64,000 nt of DNA from Desulfatiglandales bacterium. Its GTDB lineage: Bacteria; Desulfobacterota; DSM-4660; Desulfatiglandales; Desulfatiglandaceae. Shown one piece after another: positions 46,779 to 55,736 of this stretch. The translations under genes and the position numbers were made by a program. The stretch's first letter is position 1. Each line of letters opens with the position of its first letter. A model generated the notes under the pieces. It was not told where the DNA came from. It did no database searches and saw nothing but the letters and a program-made list of their open reading frames with translations. The stretch covers positions 5,088,001-5,152,000 of the forward strand of contig OY759599.1 of NCBI GenBank assembly GCA_963662465.1, in the 5' to 3' direction.

Positions 46779-48455
46779 CTATTTAAGGCCTGCGACGGCC
46801 TGGGCGATGTTATAGCAGAAGTCGCCGATCTTCTCAAAGGCGGTGAGCATGTCCACCAGGATAAGCCCCGGATCCACGGTGCAAAGGCCGCCTTGAAGCC
46901 GCATGATGTAATTTCCCCGCATGTCCTCCCGCATTTTATCGATGGCGTCTTCCAACGTCTGTGCTTCGATCATGATGTTCATTTTGTCCTCCCTAACGGC
47001 GGAAACAACAAGTTGAAGGAATTTTTCCACTTCCGCGGATATGACTTCATAATCGTTCATGCCGCCTTCGGAAAGGTGAAGATTCTCTTCGATAAGCTCC
47101 TCGATGAGCTCGGCGATATTTTCCACACCATCACCGGCACGTTCCAGATTATTGGCCATGCGCATTAACGATGCAATCTCTTTGGATTCTTCGGAACTGA
47201 CCTGTTTCTGCATCACATCGGTCAAAAACTGGGTAATCTCCTTTTGAAGGGAGTCGATGATGTCTTCCCGCTGCCGCCACTTGGAAAGCTCTTCGAGCTT
47301 TCGGCTCTCCATGGAATGAATAACATCGTTATACATGAGTTGAACCGCTTCCCCCATTCGAACGATTTCCGCCCGGGCCTGGACAATGGCAATTGATGGG
47401 GTGTCGATATACTTGGAGTCTATATATTTGATGCTGCGCAGCTCATCCAGGTCAGCACCCTTTTCCTTATCAGGCGTTAGCCAGATGGCCAATTTGACCA
47501 GATAAGGCAGCACCATGAGAAAGAATAGTGCATTGACCAAATTGAACCCCGTATGGGCGTTGGCGATGTATCTACCGATATTAGGTCTCTGACCATCGAC
47601 CAGTAGACCGGGAGGGCCGATGTCCATAAGCCCGGACGTGCCCCATGCCACCAGTTTAAGGAAGTAGGGGAAAAAAATGATCACATTGATGACCCCAATC
47701 ACGTTAAAAAGGGTGTGGGCCCGTGCGGTTCGATGGGCATTAACGCCGGCACCGATGCTGGCCAGCTCCGCGGTAATGGTGGTGCCGATATTGTCGCCAA
47801 GAATAAGGGCCACACTGGCTTCAAAACCGAGCAGGCCCTGACTCGCCAGGGCCATGGTGATCCCCACAGTGGCGCTGGAACTCTGCAAAATCATGGTTAA
47901 CAGGGTCCCCACCATGATGCATAGAAGTATTCCACTCACATCGTCCGCGTTGAACCGGGTAAACAATTCAATGAAGGCGGGATGGCTTTTAAGGGGTGCA
48001 AATCCCGCTTTCATGGTCGCCAGTCCGAAGAAAACCAATCCAAAACCCAGACAAATATCCCCCACATAAACCCATTTTTTTCGACCGACAAAAAACTTTA
48101 GAAGGACGCCGACGGCAATGGCGGGAAGCGAGTAAGACGTGACGTTAAAAGCAATCAATTGCGCTGTCACGGTGGTGCCCACATTGGCGCCTAAAATAAC
48201 CCCGATGGCCTGCACAAACGTCATGAGACCCGCATCCACAAAGCTCACCAACATAACCGTTGTGGCGCTGGAACTCTGAACGATACTAGTCACAAGAGCA
48301 CCCACACCGCAACCCACCAGCCGGTTGTTGGAAACCACGCTCAATATCTTCCGCATCTTATTGCCGGCTACCTTCTGCAGGCCTTCAGACATGATTTTCA
48401 TGCCGAAAAGAAAAAGCCCCAAGCCCCCAAGGGACTGAAAAATGATCATCTGCAT
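46779..48455 (-). CDS. Na/Pi cotransporter with PhoU domains
   Basis: Two QSSSAT repeats, GANVGTT / GDNIGTT, LERAGD, FEKIGD. Confidence 0.93.
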   Translation of the reverse strand: MQMIIFQSLGGLGLFLFGMKIMSEGLQKVAGNKMRKILSVVSNNRLVGCGVGALVTSIVQSSSATTVMLVSFVDAGLMTFVQAIGVILGANVGTTVTAQLIAFNVTSYSLPAIAVGVLLKFFVGRKKWVYVGDICLGFGLVFFGLATMKAGFAPLKSHPAFIELFTRFNADDVSGILLCIMVGTLLTMILQSSSATVGITMALASQGLLGFEASVALILGDNIGTTITAELASIGAGVNAHRTARAHTLFNVIGVINVIIFFPYFLKLVAWGTSGLMDIGPPGLLVDGQRPNIGRYIANAHTGFNLVNALFFLMVLPYLVKLAIWLTPDKEKGADLDELRSIKYIDSKYIDTPSIAIVQARAEIVRMGEAVQLMYNDVIHSMESRKLEELSKWRQREDIIDSLQKEITQFLTDVMQKQVSSEESKEIASLMRMANNLERAGDGVENIAELIEELIEENLHLSEGGMNDYEVISAEVEKFLQLVVSAVREDKMNIMIEAQTLEDAIDKMREDMRGNYIMRLQGGLCTVDPGLILVDMLTAFEKIGDFCYNIAQAVAGLK

Positions 48456-48506
48456 AAAACAAAAACCTCGAAAACTGATTCAACCGGAAAAAACGGTTTC
48501 AAAACT

Positions 48507-48546
48507 AAAAAAAAAGGCCATCCCCTTTTGAGGGATGGCCCTTTTT
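48507..48546. terminator. Intrinsic terminator-like hairpin, strongest on the - strand, in the Na/Pi leader
   Basis: AAAAAAAAA GGCCATCCC CTTTTGA GGGATGGCC CTTTTT. Confidence 0.8.
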
Positions 48547-48693
48547 AACAACTCAGATCCGATGGGTCAATACATGATTTAAATGGGGTAGCCATCTCTA
48601 AAATAAAACCCCCTGCTCATTTTTAAAAGAATCCTGACCCTCTTCCGACATCTATATAATCGGAGAGGCAAGCTGTGGATTCAGTCCCAATCA

Positions 48694-48793
48694 TTTGACG
48701 AGTTAATCACATACTTATATACTGGATGACATCAACAAGGCATTTGAAGACGCAGAACACGGCAAGACAATCAAAGCAGTTTTACGCCCTTAG
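48694..48793 (+). pseudogene. C-terminal remnant of a Zn-dependent (MDR) alcohol dehydrogenase
   Basis: FDELITY / frameshift / LDDINKAFEDAEHGKTIKAVLRP*. Confidence 0.6.
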
Positions 48794-48911
48794 CAAATAC
48801 ACCACCGTCCGTGCTGAAACATATTGGCCGCTCGCCTCAAGACACGGACAATATGTTTTGCGGACGGTTGGAGCGTTCCATAAAAAAATGCCTTAATTTA
48901 AGGAGACGAGA

Positions 48912-51632
48912 ATGAAAAAAAAGATTATCAGCGTCAATGGCACACCCAAAACACTGGTCGTCGACCCGGAAGCTTCGCTGTCAAGCGTTCTCCGCGAGCA
49001 ACTGGGGCTGACCGGCACCAAAGTTGGCTGTGACACGGGCCAGTGCGGCGCGTGTTCGGTCATCATGGACGGCAAAGTTGTAAAGGCCTGTATTACCAAG
49101 ATGAAGCGGGTTCCCGACGAAGCCCAAATCACAACCATAGAGGGAATCGGCACGCCGGGAAACCTCCACCCCCTACAATTGGCATGGATCATTCATGGCG
49201 CGGCCCAGTGCGGTTTTTGCACTTCCGGCTTCATCGTCTCTTCCAAGGCCCTGTTGAATGAAACTCCCAGCCCATCACGGGAGGATGTAAGAGAATGGTT
49301 CAATAAACACCGCAATGCCTGCCGCTGCACCGGATATAAGCAGTTGGTGGATGCGGTCATGGACGCGGCAAAAGTCCTTCGGGGTGAAATGAAAATGGAA
49401 GCGCTCACTTATGAGCTTCCGGAAGACAGCAAGATTTGGGGCACCAGCTATCCCCGCCCCAGCGCCGTGGCCAAAGTCACGGGGGCCTGGAACTTCGGAG
49501 CGGATCTGGGTCTTCAATTGCCATCAGGAACCTTGCAGTTGGCGCTAGTGCAGGCCAAAGTGTCCCATGCCAATATCCTTTCCATTGACACTTCGGAAGC
49601 CGAGAAAATGCCCGGAGTCTCCAAGGTCATCACCCACAAGGATATTAAGGGCAATAACCGCATTCCCGCCATATTGAATTTGCCCACCAATACCTGTGAT
49701 GCTCAGGATCGCCCCATTCTATGCGACAAAAAGGTGTTTCGCTATGATGACCCGATCGCCATTGTCTGCGCAGATACCGAAGCCCATGCCAAGGCCGCCG
49801 CTGAAAAGGTCAAGATAGCGATGGAAGAATTGCCGGCATATATGAATGTTTCGGCTGCCATGGCCCATGACGCCATGGAGATTCATCCTGGGCAATCCAA
49901 CGTGTTTTTCGTTCAAAACATCGTCAAGGGTAAAGAGACGGGTCCCATCTTCAAGAATGCCGAATACACGGTTGAGGATGAATTCTATGTTCAGCGGCAG
50001 CCTCATATGCCGATTGAACCCGACGTGGGCTTCGCTTACGTCAATGAAGAGGGCAAATTGGTCATTCACTCCAAGTCCTGCGCCCTTCACATGCACACGG
50101 GTCAGACTTTTTCGGGCGTTGGGATTGAACCGGAAAACCTGATCATGGTGCAGAACCCGTCCGGTGGAGACTTTGGACAGGCATCTCAAATGACCATTCA
50201 GGGCCTCTTGGGCGTTGCCTGTCTTGCTACCGGCAGGCCGGTTTTCCTTAAATATGACTACCGCCAGCAGATGACCTCTACCGGAAAACAACCGCCATTT
50301 TCAATTAAAGCAAAATTGGCGGCGGATAAGGAAGGCAATCTTCTGGCCCTGGAAGGGGATTTTACTGTGGACTATGGGCCTTACTGTGATCTGGGGGATT
50401 TTATCACCCGGAACGGCGCCCAGTTCCTGGGCGCCGGCTATGGCATCCCCAATATTCAGGGAAAAGGCCGCACCGTCTACACCAACCACGTGCAAGGCTC
50501 CGCATTCAGGGCTCTGGGTGCAACCTCAACCGAGTTCGCTTCCGAAGTACTTATGGATGAACTGGCTGAAAAGATCGGCATGGATCCGTTGGAACTACGC
50601 TATAAAAATGTTTATCGCCCAGGATCTACTACTCCAAATGGTCAGGCCCCCGAAATATACAGTCTACCCGAAATGCTTGACCTGTTGCGTCCCGGATATA
50701 AACAGGCCTTGGAAAAAGCAGAAAGGGAATCTACCCCCGAAAAAAAGCGGGGCGTCGGCATCTCCGTCGGCGTCTTCATGGTGGGTTTTCCGGCTCACGA
50801 CGAATCAAGCGCCGTGGTGGCGCTGATGCCCGACAATTCCATTACCGTTTATGTCACCTGGGAAGATCATGGTCAAGGGGCCGACATGGGAACTTTAGGA
50901 ACCGCCCATGAGGCCTTGCGCCCGCTGGGTGTGTCTCCTGAACAAATCAAGCTGGTCATGAATGATACCAGCGTTACCCCACCCAACCTAGGTTCCGTCG
51001 GCAGCCGTTCCCAGGTGGTAACCGGCCGGGCCATTCAGGCGGCCTGCGAGCTTCTTCTGAATGCCATGGGAAAAGATGATGGGACCTACCGCACCCATGA
51101 AGAAATGGTAAATAAAGATATTCCGCTTGAATACACGGGCAAATGGGCAATTCAGCAGCCGGATTTGAATGAGAACTGCCAGGGGGATGCCATGTTTGCA
51201 CATTCCTACGGGGTTTTCATGGCGGAAGTGGAAGTGGATACCTCCTCCGGTAAAACCAAGGTCATGAAAATGACCTGCGTAGCCGACGTGGGAACCATTA
51301 ACAACAAGCTGGTTGTGGACGGACAGCTCTATGGCGGGATGGCCCAGGGGATCGGGCTGGCGCTCAGCGAAGATTTTGAAGATATCAAAAAGCATTCCAC
51401 GCTGGCGGGAGCGGGATTTCCCTATATCAAACAAATTCCGGATGACATGGAACTCATTTACGTGGAAACACCCCGGGTGGGTCCCTTCGGCGCCGGCGGT
51501 TGCGGCGAACTGCCGCTGACAACACCACACGCTGCGATCATAAACGGAATCTATAATGCCACCGGCGTAAGGATCTGCAAGCTACCCGCGCTCCCGGAGA
51601 AAGTTTTGGCCGGGCTTAAGGCTTCGGCTTAA
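48912..51632 (+). CDS. mop: Molybdopterin aldehyde oxidoreductase (MOP-type, 2x[2Fe-2S] + Mo domain)
   Basis: GTKVGCDTGQCGACSV, AQCGFC, NACRCTGY, RPSAVAKVTG, WEDHGQG, VVDGQLYGGMAQG, GELP. Confidence 0.92.
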   Translation: MKKKIISVNGTPKTLVVDPEASLSSVLREQLGLTGTKVGCDTGQCGACSVIMDGKVVKACITKMKRVPDEAQITTIEGIGTPGNLHPLQLAWIIHGAAQCGFCTSGFIVSSKALLNETPSPSREDVREWFNKHRNACRCTGYKQLVDAVMDAAKVLRGEMKMEALTYELPEDSKIWGTSYPRPSAVAKVTGAWNFGADLGLQLPSGTLQLALVQAKVSHANILSIDTSEAEKMPGVSKVITHKDIKGNNRIPAILNLPTNTCDAQDRPILCDKKVFRYDDPIAIVCADTEAHAKAAAEKVKIAMEELPAYMNVSAAMAHDAMEIHPGQSNVFFVQNIVKGKETGPIFKNAEYTVEDEFYVQRQPHMPIEPDVGFAYVNEEGKLVIHSKSCALHMHTGQTFSGVGIEPENLIMVQNPSGGDFGQASQMTIQGLLGVACLATGRPVFLKYDYRQQMTSTGKQPPFSIKAKLAADKEGNLLALEGDFTVDYGPYCDLGDFITRNGAQFLGAGYGIPNIQGKGRTVYTNHVQGSAFRALGATSTEFASEVLMDELAEKIGMDPLELRYKNVYRPGSTTPNGQAPEIYSLPEMLDLLRPGYKQALEKAERESTPEKKRGVGISVGVFMVGFPAHDESSAVVALMPDNSITVYVTWEDHGQGADMGTLGTAHEALRPLGVSPEQIKLVMNDTSVTPPNLGSVGSRSQVVTGRAIQAACELLLNAMGKDDGTYRTHEEMVNKDIPLEYTGKWAIQQPDLNENCQGDAMFAHSYGVFMAEVEVDTSSGKTKVMKMTCVADVGTINNKLVVDGQLYGGMAQGIGLALSEDFEDIKKHSTLAGAGFPYIKQIPDDMELIYVETPRVGPFGAGGCGELPLTTPHAAIINGIYNATGVRICKLPALPEKVLAGLKASA

Positions 51633-51675
51633 TTCCATTTTCTGTCGGCCGGTGGAAAAACTTATTTCTTAAACA

Positions 51676-51711
51676 AAAAAAGGGACCATTTCTTTAATCA
51701 GAAATGGCCCC
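51676..51711. terminator. Terminator-like hairpin between convergent mop and thiolase
   Basis: AAAAAAA GGGACCATTTCT TTAATC AGAAATGGCCCC. Confidence 0.7.
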
Positions 51712-51733
51712 CGCTTATTCGTATTTTCGTGGA

Positions 51734-52954
51734 TTAGCCCACCTTAAAGATGATGGCTCCACCCGTATCACCAGCCGCGCATCCGGTCCACAGGAAGTAA
51801 CCGCCGCCCTTCATGGCGATTTCTTCAAATCCTTCCACGATATTCCTGCCGGCGGTGGGTCCCTGGGGATGTCCGTAGATCAGGGAAGATCCGTAGTTAT
51901 TGAAACAAAGATCGTCGGTTCCCATGGCATCAATGCCGAACTGCTGGGCGAAAAAGAGATCGTTCACCACAAAGGGGTTGTGGGTCTTGATAACCTTGAT
52001 GTCATTGATGGTGAGACCCGCATTCTTGAGGGCCATTTTCGTGGCCGGAACGGGGGCCGCCGCCATATGTCCCGGTGCGGTCCTTGAGTAGCCATAGGCA
52101 ATGATCTGAATGGGAATGGCGGGATCAGCACTCAATTCTTTGGCCTTTTCCTCGGTGGCGACAATGATGGAACAGTTTCCATCCGCCGGAAAGGTCTGCG
52201 CGCCAAAGGAGTGTACGCCGCCGGGAATCACCGGCTTGAGACGCGCCAGGCCCTCTTTTGTGGTGGGCACGGGGCCTTCGTCCAGTTCCACCAGTTTGGA
52301 CTTTTTCTTGCTCAACTTGACTTCCGCGGGGAACATATAGCGTTTCTGAAAGGCCCGGTCATCGGCAAGGGCCTCCATATACTGCTCATACCGCCTCAAA
52401 ACCAGTTCATCACACTGTTCCTTGGTAAACCCGCCTTCCTTGGCAACGTTTTCAGCGGTCTCAATCATTTTCAAACCCACATTGGGATCGCTGTTGAAAT
52501 TGTCCATGAGCCAGTTCTCGGAGAGTACTTCGCCACCGGGTCCCATGGGATTCGGCCATATGGTATGGGGACCGTTGGAGCAACGGTCGGTCATCAAGGT
52601 GCAGCAATTTTCATAGATCCCCGTCTCCACGCCCATGGCGGCGGTAAAAACGCTGGTGGTGCTGGTGGTGCAGGCCTGGCTGATGGTCACGCCGGGAATT
52701 TCTCCGGCGCCCATAACTGCGGCGGCCCAGGCGCTGGCATAAAACTGATGTTTCTGGCTAATGGTGATGCCGAAAACCAGATAATCAAACATGGTCGCAT
52801 CCCAATTCTTTTGGGCCAACCAGCGTTTAGCGGTTTTGCCCGCCAATTCAATGGAATTCTCATTGGCCATGCTCCCCTGCCAACGGGTAAAAGGGGTTGA
52901 ATAATATCCGCCGAACGGAACAAATGCTTTTGTCAACATGCGTTTTTCCTCCAA
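51734..52954 (-). CDS. Thiolase family protein (KTHNPF variant)
   Basis: SQACTTS catalytic Cys, ADG, KTHNPF, GHPQGPT, TGCAAGDTG. Confidence 0.88.
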   Translation of the reverse strand: MEEKRMLTKAFVPFGGYYSTPFTRWQGSMANENSIELAGKTAKRWLAQKNWDATMFDYLVFGITISQKHQFYASAWAAAVMGAGEIPGVTISQACTTSTTSVFTAAMGVETGIYENCCTLMTDRCSNGPHTIWPNPMGPGGEVLSENWLMDNFNSDPNVGLKMIETAENVAKEGGFTKEQCDELVLRRYEQYMEALADDRAFQKRYMFPAEVKLSKKKSKLVELDEGPVPTTKEGLARLKPVIPGGVHSFGAQTFPADGNCSIIVATEEKAKELSADPAIPIQIIAYGYSRTAPGHMAAAPVPATKMALKNAGLTINDIKVIKTHNPFVVNDLFFAQQFGIDAMGTDDLCFNNYGSSLIYGHPQGPTAGRNIVEGFEEIAMKGGGYFLWTGCAAGDTGGAIIFKVG

Positions 52955-52960
52955 TTATTG

Positions 52961-53168
52961 GTTTACCATGAAAATACAGCTGTTAGCTATTAGCTATTAG
53001 CTATTAGCCGTTAGCCGTTAGCCGTTAGCCGTTAGCTTAAAAGCGGTAGATGTTATTTTCATCCGCAGGGGTGGCAAATCCCCTTGTCATGAGCGTTTAC
53101 CATAAAAACACAGTTAGCTGTTAGGACGTCAGTTAACACTAACAGCTAATAGCTAATAGCTAACAGCT
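52961..53168. repeat. Heptamer arrays plus ATTTTCAT/ATGAAAAT-bounded repeat
   Basis: (TTAGCTA)3(TTAGCCG)4 at about 52980-53036; CTAACAG/CTAATAG at 53139-53168; GTTTACCATRAAAA twice. Confidence 0.85.
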
Positions 53169-53173
53169 TCCTA

Positions 53174-54754
53174 TCAGGCATCACTCCATTTGCCGTATTT
53201 TTCCCTGAGAATACGATGTAGAATTTTTCCCGTGGGCGTCCTCGGCATCTCATCGTCTTTCACAAAATCAATGGTCTTGGGCCGCTTGAACCCGGCAATC
53301 TTGCCGCGCGAAAATTCCAGAATGGCCTTGGCCGTTTCTTCGTTTTCCTCGTAGCCGTCATTTAAAACCACCACCGCCTTAATGGCCTCTCCCCATTTCT
53401 CATCGGGAATACCAATGACGGCGATATCGCGAATGGCTTCATGGGCGCCTACGGCGCTTTCAATCTCCGAGGGATAAACATTTTCGCCCCCGGTAATAAT
53501 CATGTTTGCCTTTCGATCCACAAGGGTATAATACCCATCTTCGTCTCTTTTGACCATATCGCCGGCGGAAGACCATTCCCCGATAAATGCCTCTTTGGTC
53601 TTTTCAGGCTCTTTCAGGTATTCCTTAAACAGCATGGGGGTCCGATAGAATAATTCACCCACTTCGCCATCCGGCACTTCATTTCGCTCTTCATCCAGAA
53701 TTTTGATCCGGTCGGCGCCGAAAATCTCCTTACCGATGGAGCCCAGTTTTTTGAACTGATCCTCGGGCCTGAGCAAAGTAACCAACCCGCCTTCGGAACT
53801 CCCATAGGCCTCCCAGAGTTCAGCATTTTTAAAGTATTCCATGATGGCCAGTTTGAGATCTTTTCTGGCCGGCGCCGAGGAAATGAGCAATTGGCGGATG
53901 GAAGATACATCAATACTGTTTCGAACCTCATCAGGAAGACCCAGCATCATAATGTAGTGGGTGGGCACCAGAGAAGTGAAAGTAATCTTATATTCTTCAA
54001 TGGTCTTAAGGAGATCTACCGGATCAAAGCTGACCATATTGTAAACAAAGACCGAAGCCGACACCAGGGTGTAAGGAAATGAGTAAAAAATGGAATTCAC
54101 ATGGCACATGGGCATCACCAGCATCACCTTATCCGTGGGTCGCACGCCCATGTTGATATTGTTCAGATAATATTGTGAGACATTGGATTCATGGGTCCTC
54201 ATCACGCCTTTCGGTCTACCCGTGGTGCCGGATGTGTACATAATACACCAGATATCGGCGGAATCCACCATGAGATCCGGCTCTTCCGGTGAGGCCTTGG
54301 ACAGGAAATCTTCATAAGCGACATATCCCTTCGGAGCGGGGCCTTCACCCAAAAATATGTAGTTCTCGCTGGGAATCGGAAGTTTGTCTCTGATGCCGTC
54401 AATCATTTCAACAAAGGGGGCTTCCACCACAATCGCCTTGCATTCGGAATGGTTAACGATATATTCAATGTCTGGACCTGCCAGTCGAAACATGATGGGC
54501 ACCACCATCTGTCCACCCTTGGCACATCCGGCGTAAATGTCCATCCATTCTCCGCGGTTAAATGCGAGGACGGCAAAGGCATCTTTATGCCCCACACCCA
54601 GGTCGTGAAGCCCGTTGGCAAACTGACAGGATCTTTTATTCCATTCCCTAAAAGTGAATTCCTGATTTTTATCCTGCCATCCAAGCTTGTCAGGATAATT
54701 AATGGCGTTCATCTTCAAAATCGTACCCGCATGCGTCCATTTACTGATAGTCAT
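53174..54754 (-). CDS. Acyl-CoA synthetase (AMP-forming)
   Basis: YTSGTTGRPKG, YGSSE, AGD, DRKANMIITGGENVYP, PRTPTGKI; start set after the GAGGGAGG RBS. Confidence 0.92.
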   Translation of the reverse strand: MTISKWTHAGTILKMNAINYPDKLGWQDKNQEFTFREWNKRSCQFANGLHDLGVGHKDAFAVLAFNRGEWMDIYAGCAKGGQMVVPIMFRLAGPDIEYIVNHSECKAIVVEAPFVEMIDGIRDKLPIPSENYIFLGEGPAPKGYVAYEDFLSKASPEEPDLMVDSADIWCIMYTSGTTGRPKGVMRTHESNVSQYYLNNINMGVRPTDKVMLVMPMCHVNSIFYSFPYTLVSASVFVYNMVSFDPVDLLKTIEEYKITFTSLVPTHYIMMLGLPDEVRNSIDVSSIRQLLISSAPARKDLKLAIMEYFKNAELWEAYGSSEGGLVTLLRPEDQFKKLGSIGKEIFGADRIKILDEERNEVPDGEVGELFYRTPMLFKEYLKEPEKTKEAFIGEWSSAGDMVKRDEDGYYTLVDRKANMIITGGENVYPSEIESAVGAHEAIRDIAVIGIPDEKWGEAIKAVVVLNDGYEENEETAKAILEFSRGKIAGFKRPKTIDFVKDDEMPRTPTGKILHRILREKYGKWSDA

Positions 54755-54768
54755 GTTCATCCCTCCCT

Positions 54769-54802
54769 CAATTTCGGATTTCGGATTGCGGATTGCGGAT
54801 TC
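54769..54802. repeat. Heptamer tandem repeat (TTTCGGA/TTGCGGA)
   Basis: CAATTTCGGATTTCGGATTGCGGATTGCGGATTC; inverted counterpart at 55701-55734. Confidence 0.8.
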
Positions 54803-54875
54803 TACTCTTTTCACCGCATTTCAAAATCCATTGCTATTGTTTAATGTGGATAATGCATCCCGGATTCCGAAAGTC

Positions 54876-55652
54876 CTATTGATGCTCCATAGCAAAGAGC
54901 GCTGCCCCGATAGCCCCGGTTAATTGGGGGTGCTCCGGCGTCAGGATCTTTTTCCCGGTCTTTTCTTCCACCATCTTGACCAGAAACGGGTTATGAGCCA
55001 CCACGCCGCCGGTCATGGCCACTATGTCGGTTAGAGAATCCATTTCGAGAATCCTTTTGATCACCGAATAAAAAAGCCCCTTGACAATGGCGGGTACCTT
55101 CTTCCCCTGTCTGATTTTTTCAAGAACCTCCGTCCCTGAAAAAACGGTGCAATAACTTCCCAATTCTACCATCTCTTCCGATTGACGGGCAAGGCCATCC
55201 ATTTCTTCCAGTGGAATATCCAGCCGCATGGCCATCTCTTCCAGGAAGGCCCCGGTGCCGGCGGCGCATTTCCGATTCATCTTGAAATTAAGGCGCCGAC
55301 CCTTTTCATCCACCTTGATAATTTTGTTGTCCTGTCCACCGATATCGATAATGGTCATGGCCATGGGGAAATAGTGGAAACATCCCTTGGCATGGCACCC
55401 AATCTCCGTTTTGGCGCCGGTACTGAAAGTAACGTTTTTTCGACCATATCCGGTGGAGAAGCAACCCACCACATCTTCTTTTACGGCATTGGCCATCTTC
55501 AAAGATTCAGCCAACCCCTTGTCAGCGGTTTCGCTGAAATCAGTCCCGGATTTCAAGACCGCATAACCGACAAGCTGTTTATCGCCGTCCAAAATGGCGA
55601 CCTTGGTGCGAGAGGCACCGATATCCACGCCCACATACAGTTGTTTTTTCAT
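54876..55652 (-). CDS. 2-hydroxyacyl-CoA dehydratase activase (HgdC/BcrAD-type ASKHA ATPase)
   Basis: GVDIGASRTK, TGYGR, EIGCHAKG, IDIGGQDNK, MNRKCAAGTG, CTVF, GGVVAHN. Confidence 0.92.
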   Translation of the reverse strand: MKKQLYVGVDIGASRTKVAILDGDKQLVGYAVLKSGTDFSETADKGLAESLKMANAVKEDVVGCFSTGYGRKNVTFSTGAKTEIGCHAKGCFHYFPMAMTIIDIGGQDNKIIKVDEKGRRLNFKMNRKCAAGTGAFLEEMAMRLDIPLEEMDGLARQSEEMVELGSYCTVFSGTEVLEKIRQGKKVPAIVKGLFYSVIKRILEMDSLTDIVAMTGGVVAHNPFLVKMVEEKTGKKILTPEHPQLTGAIGAALFAMEHQ

Positions 55653-55700
55653 TCTCGCTATTTCGAACCGAAAGATTTCCGGATCAATAAATTACGGCTG

Positions 55701-55734
55701 AAAATCCGCAATCCGAAATCCGAAATCCACAATT
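55701..55734. repeat. Heptamer tandem repeat (AATCCGC/AATCCGA)
   Basis: AAAATCCGCAATCCGAAATCCGAAATCCACAATT. Confidence 0.8.
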
Positions 55735-55736
55735 CC

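Noticed and set aside
54755..54814. N-terminal extension MKRVESAIRNPKSEIEGG of the CoA ligase
   Set aside because: It is translated heptamer repeat; a strong RBS precedes the downstream ATG.
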